A DNA stretch of 41,986 bases from a virus (lineage: Duplodnaviria > Caudoviricetes). A program made the translations under genes and the position numbers. Location of the stretch: positions 1 through 41,986 of the IMG/VR virus record IMGVR_UViG_3300033076_000121. One strand, given 5' to 3'. Below the pieces are notes generated by a model that did no database searches, had not been told where the DNA came from, and was given only the letters and a program-made list of their open reading frames with translations. Shown one piece after another: positions 17,446 to 25,975 of this stretch (position 1 is the first letter of the stretch; each line of letters opens with the position of its first letter).

Positions 17446-17892
17446 TTAGGTCACCTTTGAAAATTCAATAAAGTATTCGTTATCCGGACCCATCTGCTTC
17501 GGAACCCCGAAGTCAAACCCTAGCCACTTGAGCCACTTGACGTGCTCATCGTTCTTGGTCCAGGCCACATTAAACAGGAGGGTGTAGTCCTTAGACATCT
17601 CCTTGAGAAACTCTCTGCACTCCCTGAGGAAGGGCTTGCGGATCTTCTTGAGGAGGTCCGAGGCCAGCATCCATGGGACACCGACCCCGCCCTTCTCTCC
17701 TCCCACGCCGAACATACAGACCACCTGGCCGTCGATAAGAACGACCCGGTTGTACTCACAGGCCTCGAAGGCAGCGCGAAGAGCATCCCCAGGAGAGACC
17801 CTGGCGAGGTGCCAGATCTCGTCCTTGTCCTCCTGACGCATGGTCACGGAGAGCTCGAGGATGTCCTTGTGGTGAGGCTCACGAACAAGGAT
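17446..17892 (-). CDS. Internal virion protein A (gp13-like, GNAT-fold); start codon uncertain
   Basis: MR..D..E, FGV...GVPWML, N..HVKWLKWLGF motifs; no ATG at the expected N-terminus. Confidence 0.8.
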   Translation of the reverse strand: MLVREPHHKDILELSVTMRQEDKDEIWHLARVSPGDALRAAFEACEYNRVVLIDGQVVCMFGVGGEKGGVGVPWMLASDLLKKIRKPFLRECREFLKEMSKDYTLLFNVAWTKNDEHVKWLKWLGFDFGVPKQMGPDNEYFIEFSKVT

Positions 17893-17893
17893 G

Positions 17894-20287
17894 TTAGATG
17901 GCCTGGCTGCGCTTGGTGTAGAAGCCTTCCCAGTCTGCGCTGAGGAATGTACTTGGGAGGGGACTGTCATTTTGAATTGTAATGATTGTGCCAATGTTTC
18001 GACTGACAACTGGGACAATGAATCGGCCAGTGGAGATGGAATAGCGACCAATGGTAGCTGAGGTCTGTCCTAGGACTCGCCCTGAGAAGACATACTCATA
18101 CGTACCTCGACCAGCAGGGGTTACCTGGACCTTGAAGTAGCCACTATCGGAGTAGTTGAAGGCAGTCTTACGAAGCTGTAGACGACCCTCAGTGTCACTC
18201 TTCTGACCACCTGACTGAGTGCTCTGACGCACCACAATCGTGGAGAGCTGGTAGGTGAAGGTGTACTTACGCCCGAAGGTGTAGGTTCCGCCTGTGATGT
18301 TCCCTGCCACCTTGGCATTGGTACCATCCCAGATCACGTCCATGATCTCTCCAGCCTTCAGGGTCGGATGGGACTTGACCACGAGCTGGTAAGAGCCAGC
18401 GCTTGGGGCGTAACCCAGAGCTGTCTGAGAGATCACCGTGTAGCCACCGGAGTAGTCCACGTTGCCCGCCACGAGCTGGACCTTGCGATCCAAGTGGACC
18501 GTGTAAGGTTCACCCGCTCCGATGTCACCGAGGGACACCGTCATCTTCTCGAGGTAAGCACCATCAGATCGATTCACGACCAGGTACATATCAGAGCCAA
18601 TGAAGTCCACGTTCAGGATCGTAGAGTCAGACCCTAGGGTCCACTTCGACCAGGAACTTTGGAGCTTATCGTTGTTGGCCCAGAAGTACTTGTAGATGTA
18701 GATCGAGTTAGTATCCTGCGTAGAGACAGCCACAAGGATGTCCTCGTTGGGAGCTGCAGCGATCTTGAAGATACCAGTGGGGATGTACTTTGGCAGGTGG
18801 GCAGTGATGTCCAGCGAGTCGTTCGTGATGTTGTTCAGGTCAACGAAGTACTCTCGGAATGCTGACCAGCTACCCTTCTCCACAGCAAAGTAGACGTTCT
18901 TGCCGATGCCGACAGGCTTAGCCACAACGTTCGCAGGGAACTCGGTAGCCACCTTAATACCCACAGACTTGGGGGTAAGGAGCTCGTTCTGTTCGATGAT
19001 GAACTGAGTCTGCTCAGAGAACAGCAGCAGCTGCTTGTTGAAGGGCACCGCATGTTTCAGCAGGGAGACCTTAGTGTGGCTTGCGTTCACGTCAATTGGA
19101 TCGGAGTCCAGCAGCTGGGTCACCGTGGTCCGCATGAAGTTGAAGTACTCTCCAGCCTCAGAGAAGATCACGGCCTCGTCTGCGAGGAAGCCCAGACGGT
19201 TCCGGTAGAAGAACACGTCAGCGATCTTACGGTTGACGAAGGACGGGAAAGGGTTGGACGTATCGTCACCAACGATCCGGTTCTTCCACGTGGCCTGCTT
19301 GAAGGTGAACGTACCGTCAGACTCACGGACCAACACGAAGGGCATCTTAGCTGCGTCTAGGTTGGCGGTGATTCCAGGCTTGGGACATTCCTTCCAGACA
19401 CCTACGCCTGACGAACCGTTGACCGTCTCGAACCGAACATAGTAACTGTCGAAGGGTGCGGTGCTGGCCTCACCAGATCCAGTCCCTGTGATCTCGACAA
19501 CGAAGCCGTTCACACTGGGGTTAGCTGGGAGATCAGCAAACTTCTGCAGTTTGCCCTTGATGGCAACCATGCCAGCACTGTTGAAGCCATCTTCGGTACG
19601 GATGGAGAAGTCTGCAGAGGACTTGGCGATGTAGATCACAGCACCATCTCTGGACACCGTCCAGCCGTTCGCGGAGGTAATACCGTTGGAAGCCAGGTCA
19701 CCAGCCAACACACCGGCAATGTAATCCGTAGAGATGTTGTTTACTTCGGACGAAGTAGAGCCATCAGGGGTGGTGTAGGAAGCTACAGTGCTGCCATTGA
19801 TGATGATCTTGTACCCCTTACCATAGTTGCCTGTCTTGACGTTCACCAAGGCTTCATAGGGACGAGCGGCGACCGTGGACGAACCAGAGGTCACCGTCAT
19901 GCTCTTGTTCACAAGGAACGTGTAGTCGGCCACAGTGACCGCAGAGAATGACGTAGAGGGGCTAGAGGCGGACAGGTAGCTCTTCCCATTGGGGAAAGCC
20001 ACGGTCTTCTCAGTGCCGTCGATACCATAGACCTTCAGATCACCATTGGTGACCACGGCGATGTATCGCTCAGTCTGGTCACGGTTGATCGTATGGATGA
20101 AACAGTTAGCCAGAGGGGAACTCTGGATTTTCTTGAGGTGTTGTGTGGGTGGTCTCTTCTTCAACCCCTGAGAGACAGTGGAAAGACCATTCTCTTGGAC
20201 TTCGCCCTGAGAGTTCAGTCGAAGAGTAAAGGGTTGCTGAGAGACACCGTTGACAAAGTTGGGGATTGAGGAAGAAACAAGTGCCAT
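17894..20287 (-). CDS. Tail tubular protein B / nozzle (gp12-like)
   Basis: NGVSQQP, GLKKRPP, FFYRNRLGFL, SDPIDV, QSSWSKW, GRLQLR motifs. Confidence 0.96.
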   Translation of the reverse strand: MALVSSSIPNFVNGVSQQPFTLRLNSQGEVQENGLSTVSQGLKKRPPTQHLKKIQSSPLANCFIHTINRDQTERYIAVVTNGDLKVYGIDGTEKTVAFPNGKSYLSASSPSTSFSAVTVADYTFLVNKSMTVTSGSSTVAARPYEALVNVKTGNYGKGYKIIINGSTVASYTTPDGSTSSEVNNISTDYIAGVLAGDLASNGITSANGWTVSRDGAVIYIAKSSADFSIRTEDGFNSAGMVAIKGKLQKFADLPANPSVNGFVVEITGTGSGEASTAPFDSYYVRFETVNGSSGVGVWKECPKPGITANLDAAKMPFVLVRESDGTFTFKQATWKNRIVGDDTSNPFPSFVNRKIADVFFYRNRLGFLADEAVIFSEAGEYFNFMRTTVTQLLDSDPIDVNASHTKVSLLKHAVPFNKQLLLFSEQTQFIIEQNELLTPKSVGIKVATEFPANVVAKPVGIGKNVYFAVEKGSWSAFREYFVDLNNITNDSLDITAHLPKYIPTGIFKIAAAPNEDILVAVSTQDTNSIYIYKYFWANNDKLQSSWSKWTLGSDSTILNVDFIGSDMYLVVNRSDGAYLEKMTVSLGDIGAGEPYTVHLDRKVQLVAGNVDYSGGYTVISQTALGYAPSAGSYQLVVKSHPTLKAGEIMDVIWDGTNAKVAGNITGGTYTFGRKYTFTYQLSTIVVRQSTQSGGQKSDTEGRLQLRKTAFNYSDSGYFKVQVTPAGRGTYEYVFSGRVLGQTSATIGRYSISTGRFIVPVVSRNIGTIITIQNDSPLPSTFLSADWEGFYTKRSQAI

Positions 20288-20289
20288 GA

Positions 20290-20874
20290 TTATCGATCAA
20301 GAACTCGCATCACCGAGTAGTTACTGGTGAGGATGTTGTAATCAGCGGTACGGGCCTCATAACGGCGCATAGACCGCAGAGCCCGTGCCTCGTCCTTCTC
20401 AGTGAAGGAGCCGAGAGTATCGGAACCCACCACTCGCTGCTGGAACACCCGAGCTGCACGAATGGTGATGTAGTGACGAGCTGCCTGGGGCAACTCATTG
20501 AATTCTAGGAGGACCGTCAGGTCACACTTGAGAGACTTTGTGAACTTGTAGGTCTTGTTGCCGCGGTCATAGAGACGCTGGCCTCGGATCGCTACGTCAA
20601 AGTCACGGTCGTAGGGGCTTGTATCGACTTCGATAGCATTAGCCGGGATGTAAATCTCTTGGGTATCCATGGAAGGAACGAGATCAAATTCTTCTTCCGT
20701 ATTGAAATGCCAGCCCTCTTCCTGAACCTGCACAGAGACTTCAGACAGGATTGAACGGGCAGTGACGGCATCAACTACGCCAGTCGCCGCATCAAGTGAG
20801 TTGATCGGGGACTCGCCAATCGTGCCCAGCATGATGTTGATTGCATCAAGCTCAGTGGTTGCAGTGAGAGCCAT
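20290..20874 (-). CDS. Tail tubular protein A / adaptor (gp11-like)
   Basis: TELDAINIML..IGESP, VQEEGWHFN, LP..AR.YI..RAAR.F motifs. Confidence 0.95.
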   Translation of the reverse strand: MALTATTELDAINIMLGTIGESPINSLDAATGVVDAVTARSILSEVSVQVQEEGWHFNTEEEFDLVPSMDTQEIYIPANAIEVDTSPYDRDFDVAIRGQRLYDRGNKTYKFTKSLKCDLTVLLEFNELPQAARHYITIRAARVFQQRVVGSDTLGSFTEKDEARALRSMRRYEARTADYNILTSNYSVMRVLDR

Positions 20875-20889
20875 AAGAAACCTATAAAT

Positions 20890-20925
20890 AAAAAAAAGGG
20901 CCACCCTAAAATAGAGTGACCCTTA
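20890..20925 (-). terminator. T-phi-like terminator after the capsid gene
   Basis: AAGGGTCACTCTA-TTT-TAGGGTGGCCC followed by a run of eight T. Confidence 0.88.
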
Positions 20926-20941
20926 TTGGATAAAGCCGTGA

Positions 20942-21895
20942 TTAGGCGGTCTTCAGTTCCACAGCAGCTGCGGGACGGAGAACACCGTGACCCATAGCGT
21001 ACTTGGCAACCATCAGAGTACCCTGACGGCGGATGTCGTACTGGCTTTCCATAGCCAGATCCATCAACTTCACAGTGCCGATAGCAGCCTTGTGAGAGAC
21101 CACGCCGATGGTGTTGGTGTACACGCCAGCGTAGGTATCGTTCGAACCGGAAGCCACGGTGCCAGTAGCAACGGTGGTACCGAAAGGAGCGTGGTTGGTC
21201 TTCACAACGTTCAGACCGGCAACACGCAGCACCTTAGCGCCAGCGTATTCGCCTTCGCCACCCCAGAAGCGGTTCATGATCTTCGTGTTCTGAGCCAGCA
21301 GGTAGTACGCTGCGGGGTTCAGGAAGACCCAACGGTCGTCTTCAGGGATGTACTTCTCGTCCAACTTCTGAGCAGCAGCGAACAGGGCGGCAACCAGTGC
21401 CTCACCAGTCGTGTCAGTCAACAGAGTAGCGGAAGTCACCGAGCCACCACCCAGTTCGCCAGACACAGGGCTGGAGCCACGGGCAGCGTTGATCAACAGC
21501 TGCAACTTGTGCTTGTCCATCTGGTAGGCCAGGGCCTTACCAATCTGGTCAGCGTAAGGACCACGAACGTCATAGTGGTTCATGGCTTCATCGATGTTGG
21601 CGATGAAAGCGTGGCTGATCAACAGGTTGTCGATGTTGACGATCTGCTCGTTGGCAGGCAGGTTCAGGCCGGTGATCTCAGCGCCAGGAGTGTGGTACTC
21701 GGCAGAAATCTTGCCCATGATGGGGAACTGGGCCGACTTGCCAGAAGCAATGTTGCGGACCATGAATTTGTCTTCGGTGACGGTTGCTTCCTTGAAAGCA
21801 GTCAGAACTTCACCAGCGAAAACTTTGAGAAACAGCGCCTTGGCATCACCAGAGTTGTTAACCTGGCCCAGGCGGCTGACAGTAGCGTTAGCCAT
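20942..21895 (-). CDS. Major capsid protein (gp10-like)
   Basis: ALFLKVFAGEVLTAF, GKSAQFP, YDVR and AMGHGVLRP motifs. Confidence 0.97.
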   Translation of the reverse strand: MANATVSRLGQVNNSGDAKALFLKVFAGEVLTAFKEATVTEDKFMVRNIASGKSAQFPIMGKISAEYHTPGAEITGLNLPANEQIVNIDNLLISHAFIANIDEAMNHYDVRGPYADQIGKALAYQMDKHKLQLLINAARGSSPVSGELGGGSVTSATLLTDTTGEALVAALFAAAQKLDEKYIPEDDRWVFLNPAAYYLLAQNTKIMNRFWGGEGEYAGAKVLRVAGLNVVKTNHAPFGTTVATGTVASGSNDTYAGVYTNTIGVVSHKAAIGTVKLMDLAMESQYDIRRQGTLMVAKYAMGHGVLRPAAAVELKTA

Positions 21896-21904
21896 AAAAT
21901 ATAT

Positions 21905-22132
21905 ACCTCGTGTAGAGTTGAAGAAAGGTTGTGCAACCTCCTAGAAACCCGACACACATCACGCAAAGTTATCTCCCGCAGGAGGCAAAGGTCGTGTAAT
22001 CAGTTCTTTAGAATTGCAATTCCACCGCAAAGAGTGCAGTGTGGAGCGTCTTCAATACATGAGAGGGGCCGGTCTTTCCCGGCTGTCAGACGCCTTTACG
22101 TAGCGACAACGTTCCTAAGGTAGTAGGATCTC
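21905..22132 (-). ncRNA. Structured ~230-nt intergenic RNA / capsid mRNA leader
   Basis: Several hairpins and a long-range TTGAAGA/TCTTCAA pairing in an otherwise tightly packed region. Confidence 0.5.
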
Positions 22133-22294
22133 TTAGCCCTTGGTGACAACACCAATCAGACCAGCCAGGCCAGTGCCTGCAGTCACGATGGGAGTGATCA
22201 GCTCAGGGGCGATGCCAACACCCAGAGATGTCAGCAGCAAAATAAAGCCACGCCAGGTAGACGGTTCCTGGAGGCGTTCAATAATATAGCGCAT
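22133..22294 (-). CDS. Putative holin, 53 aa (MRYIIERLQEPSTWRGFILLL...)
   Basis: Read manually; AAGGA RBS; two hydrophobic segments; RL.EPSTW.G motif recalled from small phage holin-like proteins. Confidence 0.7.
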   Translation of the reverse strand: MRYIIERLQEPSTWRGFILLLTSLGVGIAPELITPIVTAGTGLAGLIGVVTKG

Positions 22295-22302
22295 AGTAGT
22301 CC

Positions 22303-23094
22303 TTAAAAGACGTTTGAGCGGGACAGTTTAGCCTGTACCTTTGCTCGGAATGCAGGATCGTTCTTGTATCGAGGATCACGCATAGCCTCGGTCACCTGCT
22401 GGGTAGACTCAAAGGCATCCACAGAACCTGCAGTCTGACCACCCAACAGGCGAGCAGGCTCAGAGCCCACGGCCTTGCCGAACTTGGCGGACAGACCCAG
22501 AGCTGCCAGCTTGGCATGTTCAGGATTGCCCGAAGAGACTGCGCTGTTATACGCTTCGATCTCTGCAGGATTCAGGTTGGCCTTGGCCCACGTGACCATC
22601 TCGTTGTAGCGTTCATCACCACCGACTTCAGACTTGATCGTGCCCTCGAACTGAGCTGCACGGGCCTGCTGACCAGCGATGTAATTGTCTACGATGTCCT
22701 TGCTGAAGCCAGCCTTGGACAGTCGGTCGTAGCTCTCTGGGGACAGTTCACCCTTAGAGGCAAACTCCTGAGAGAACTCAGACATATCCAGGCCCTGCTT
22801 CTGCAGTTCAGCCTGGGGGTTCTCGGGCACCTTATCACTCGGAGTAGCATCGGCAGGAGGTGTAGGCTTTTGCCCACCCAACTTGCTCTCCAACTCGGCA
22901 TAGGCCTTAGCCATATCCTCGGGTGACTTGAACTTCTCTGGGAGCCACTGAGGGCGGTCTTCAGAAGAAGGCTGAGGGTCAGCCAGGTTGTCAGAAGCGA
23001 TCTGGGAGTTCTTGTCCACCAGATCAATCATCGCCTGATCGTGACCCTCAGGGGCACCAGGGTTTTCACTTGTAATAACTACAGTATCAACCAT
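22303..23094 (-). CDS. Capsid scaffolding protein (gp9-like)
   Basis: RPQWLPEKF, AYAELE, VGG..Y..M..WA and AMRDPRY..DPAFR motifs. Confidence 0.93.
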   Translation of the reverse strand: MVDTVVITSENPGAPEGHDQAMIDLVDKNSQIASDNLADPQPSSEDRPQWLPEKFKSPEDMAKAYAELESKLGGQKPTPPADATPSDKVPENPQAELQKQGLDMSEFSQEFASKGELSPESYDRLSKAGFSKDIVDNYIAGQQARAAQFEGTIKSEVGGDERYNEMVTWAKANLNPAEIEAYNSAVSSGNPEHAKLAALGLSAKFGKAVGSEPARLLGGQTAGSVDAFESTQQVTEAMRDPRYKNDPAFRAKVQAKLSRSNVF

Positions 23095-23104
23095 GTTTTT
23101 CCAA

Positions 23105-23269
23105 TTAGTAATCGACCAAAACAATACCCGAGCTGTACACCCGGATCAACTTAGCCTTGGGATCGACTTCGAATTTTACTTTGTCAGCACCGTCACCGAA
23201 ATACAGGATCTCAGGTGCTTTGTTTTCTTTAGGCTCATCGACGAGACGAGCCGGTTTAGCGTTAGCCAT
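23105..23269 (-). CDS. Hypothetical protein, 54 aa (MANAKPARLVDEPKENK...GIVLVDY)
   Basis: Read manually; AAGGA RBS; overlaps the portal stop and fills the gap to the scaffold gene. Confidence 0.7.
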   Translation of the reverse strand: MANAKPARLVDEPKENKAPEILYFGDGADKVKFEVDPKAKLIRVYSSGIVLVDY

Positions 23270-24860
23270 TATTTCCTTCGGTTGGTTGTGCCTGAGCTTG
23301 GTTAGCCATGTTCTGCTTCATCAACTGACCAGCTTGGGTGATCGCGGGGTTCAAACCCTGCTGTGCCAAAGCCATCATCTGCTGTTGCTGCATAGCCTGC
23401 TGGATCTCTTCAGGGCTCTTCACGAGACCCTTCATGTCAATTCCCAGCGAGGTACCAATGCGCTTCAAGGCATCATCCTTGTTGATCTCTGGGGGAAGCT
23501 GAGCCACTTGGGCTGCTGCCTGCAGGAACAACTGGATCTTGTTCATATCATTGCCACGACCCAGGGCTTCCATGCCGGTCACAATCACAGGCTTGACGGT
23601 ACCCTTAGGCAGGGTAGGCATCTTCTTCTTGCGCTCCATGGAGAACATGATGCGGTTCACCAAGGGGAGCTGCATCTCCTGCGAGAGGATCGAGTAGATA
23701 CCGCCGAGGGCAGCTTCGAGTTCACCCGCCATGTAGCGGATCTCTTCGGCTGTCACTCGTTCACCGTTGCGTTGGACAGCGGAGTTCAAGAGGAAGGCGA
23801 ACGACAAGCGTTCTTCAATTCGTGTGATTGTTTCTAGAGCAACTCGGAAGTCGTTGAACTTGTTGAGCTGTAGGGTCGAAACGTCCTGCTCATTTCCCTC
23901 AACGATGGCACCGTTGTCAGCTTCAGCAAGGGTTTGCTGGCTGGTTGTGCCGTTGGGGTTCACGAGGAACAGGACTTTGGCTGCAGCAGCCGAGCCTTCA
24001 ACGATGGCCTGAGAGAGACCTTCGAGGGACTTGATGTCACCCAGGTACTCCTCCACATAGCCACGACCGTAGTTCTCACCGTCGATCTTCGTGAATCGCA
24101 CAGGAATCCAAGGAGACTTGTCCTTGGGGTAGGTACCTTCAGAGCCAGGAACAACCTTGTTCTTGATCTCTTGGTACACATGCCAGCCACCATCCTCAAA
24201 CTCTACGTGCGTGTAGATGTCGCAGGTCTTCTCGTGGCTTGCCTCTTCCTGTTTCTCATCGTCACCCTCAGCGTAACCCAATAGCTCTTGCACATCGGGA
24301 GGAAGGGTGGCGGGAGAAACGGATTCCTTGACGACAATGTCGAGGACCTTACCCATGGGGTCACGACAGACCACATACTTCTCGAGCGGGAAGATCCGCA
24401 TACCGCCCTCATCGGGGGTGTACATCAGGCAGTTACCTGAGACGAGCAGATGCTTCATGCCCTCGAAGGCTGAGACACGGATGGCTCCAGCTTCGATCTC
24501 GGACTGGACGGATCGTTCGATCTTGTTCAGGCCCTCTTCGACCTGAGCTCGCATACCCTCCTGTTTCGTCAGCTGTTCCAGGGTGAAGTCATCAATCTGG
24601 AGACGGAAGAAGGGAGAGTTGGGAGGGAGAAGGGCGAGCAGGAGCTTGGATGCCAGGTTGTTGACACCACGAGCACCAATCGCCTGGTAGGGCGTGTAGT
24701 ACTTAGTGGCGTTGGAGTGACCCCGTGGGGGCACCAAGGTGGGGATTGTGTACTTGGAGCAATCCATGGCCCTCTGTAAGAAGGGCCAACGGTCAGACTC
24801 TAGCTTGGCGTAAAGGCCAGCTGCAGAGCCGTCTCGCTCCTTTTCGTTCTTCTCTTCCAT
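23262..24860 (-). CDS. Portal / head-tail connector (gp8-like)
   Basis: GARGVNNLASKL, GENYGRG.VEE and ERVTAEEIR motifs. Confidence 0.97.
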   Translation of the reverse strand: MEEKNEKERDGSAAGLYAKLESDRWPFLQRAMDCSKYTIPTLVPPRGHSNATKYYTPYQAIGARGVNNLASKLLLALLPPNSPFFRLQIDDFTLEQLTKQEGMRAQVEEGLNKIERSVQSEIEAGAIRVSAFEGMKHLLVSGNCLMYTPDEGGMRIFPLEKYVVCRDPMGKVLDIVVKESVSPATLPPDVQELLGYAEGDDEKQEEASHEKTCDIYTHVEFEDGGWHVYQEIKNKVVPGSEGTYPKDKSPWIPVRFTKIDGENYGRGYVEEYLGDIKSLEGLSQAIVEGSAAAAKVLFLVNPNGTTSQQTLAEADNGAIVEGNEQDVSTLQLNKFNDFRVALETITRIEERLSFAFLLNSAVQRNGERVTAEEIRYMAGELEAALGGIYSILSQEMQLPLVNRIMFSMERKKKMPTLPKGTVKPVIVTGMEALGRGNDMNKIQLFLQAAAQVAQLPPEINKDDALKRIGTSLGIDMKGLVKSPEEIQQAMQQQQMMALAQQGLNPAITQAGQLMKQNMANQAQAQPTEGNNG

Positions 24861-24868
24861 GAAATACC

Positions 24869-25081
24869 TTATGCGGGAATGTTCAGGCCAGAACCTGTCG
24901 AGCCAGTATCAGGCTGAGTACGGTCAATACGCAGGGAGCCACGGCCACGGTTGGCGGACAGGGCGCTTGCATCTTTACGGTTGATACCCTCAGCAGGGGC
25001 AACACGGGCCAGGTCAGGGGTTGGTACTGCTGGAGCTGGAGGTGGAGGCGGCGGAGGCGCATCCGGTGTCATCAGGCACAT
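24869..25081 (-). CDS. Small virion protein (gp6.7/7.3-like)
   Basis: MC start, Pro-rich, RG..SLRI...GLNI motif before the portal gene. Confidence 0.7.
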   Translation of the reverse strand: MCLMTPDAPPPPPPPAPAVPTPDLARVAPAEGINRKDASALSANRGRGSLRIDRTQPDTGSTGSGLNIPA

Positions 25082-25084
25082 AGT

Positions 25085-25273
25085 TTAGTTCTCCAGAATG
25101 TTCTGGTTCTGTAAATTGAATTGGTGTCGGAGAAGACGAATCACCTCTACCCTGCCCTGAATCAAAAGATAACTTTCGTATTCTCTGACATTATCAGGCA
25201 TTCGGTCGGGAAATCGCTTCTCTAACTCATCGAGTAATTCTTTAGATACTAAAGGAAACTTCAAGTTATCCAT
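25085..25273 (-). CDS. gp6.5-like conserved protein
   Basis: P.VSKELLDELEKRFPD...G...VI..L; position after a promoter motif. Confidence 0.65.
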   Translation of the reverse strand: MDNLKFPLVSKELLDELEKRFPDRMPDNVREYESYLLIQGRVEVIRLLRHQFNLQNQNILEN

Positions 25274-25278
25274 AGTCT

Positions 25279-25293
25279 TCCAATTGGGCAACC
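25279..25293 (-). promoter_or_regulatory. Putative phage RNAP promoter GGTTGCCCAATTGGA (phi6.5-like position)
   Basis: Conserved 15-mer at the start of the structural block. Confidence 0.7.
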
Positions 25294-25294
25294 A

Positions 25295-25975
25295 TTAGAT
25301 TCCAAGGCGATCAAAGGCCTTGACCCACATGGCGCAGATGTCAGAACGGACGATGTCATCCACAGAGAATTCCACGTGTTCGACGGGGAGTTTCTGCTTC
25401 TGGATCATCTCAATGATGGTCTTCAGACCTGAGGTCATCTTCAGGTCGGACTGCTTGATGTCACCATTCAGCAGGACCTGGGACTCCTCCCCAATGCGGG
25501 TCAGGAACATCTTCATCTCGGAAGGTGAGGTGTTCTGAGCCTCGTCCAGGATCACAAAGGCCCGGTTGAAGGTGCGGCCTCGCATCACTTCGAACGGGAC
25601 AATGTCGATCTGGCGCTTACGCATGGCGATCTCGTAGACCTCCTTGCCCAGGCAGGCCTCTAGGACATCCGTGAATGGGATCACCCACGGTGCCATCTTC
25701 TCCTCCATGGTTCCTGGGAAGAAACCCAGAGACCGTCCTGCAGCCACGTTGGGTCTGGTCAGGATGATCTTGTCGATCTGCCCCTTGGCAAACAGGGTGG
25801 CGGCATAGACAGACGCAATGTAGGTCTTGCCGGTCCCTGCTGGCCCCGTGACGATCACTTGGGGAGAGGATTTGAGGGCCTTGATGTAGGCAGCTTGCTT
25901 GTCGTTCTTTGGGAGGAGGATGACCTGACGGCCCTCCCCTTCCTTAGCACGGTACTTCGATGTGCGTTTTGTCAT
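25295..25975 (-). CDS. phoH: PhoH-family ATPase
   Basis: GPAGTGKT, LGFFPG, MRGRTF, ILDEAQN, LTRIG, GD..QSD and VRS motifs. Confidence 0.95.
   Translation of the reverse strand: MTKRTSKYRAKEGEGRQVILLPKNDKQAAYIKALKSSPQVIVTGPAGTGKTYIASVYAATLFAKGQIDKIILTRPNVAAGRSLGFFPGTMEEKMAPWVIPFTDVLEACLGKEVYEIAMRKRQIDIVPFEVMRGRTFNRAFVILDEAQNTSPSEMKMFLTRIGEESQVLLNGDIKQSDLKMTSGLKTIIEMIQKQKLPVEHVEFSVDDIVRSDICAMWVKAFDRLGI

Noticed and set aside
20890-20960. T7 10A/10B-type capsid frameshift extension
   Set aside because: A terminator follows the stop almost immediately; no slippery site or room for an extension.
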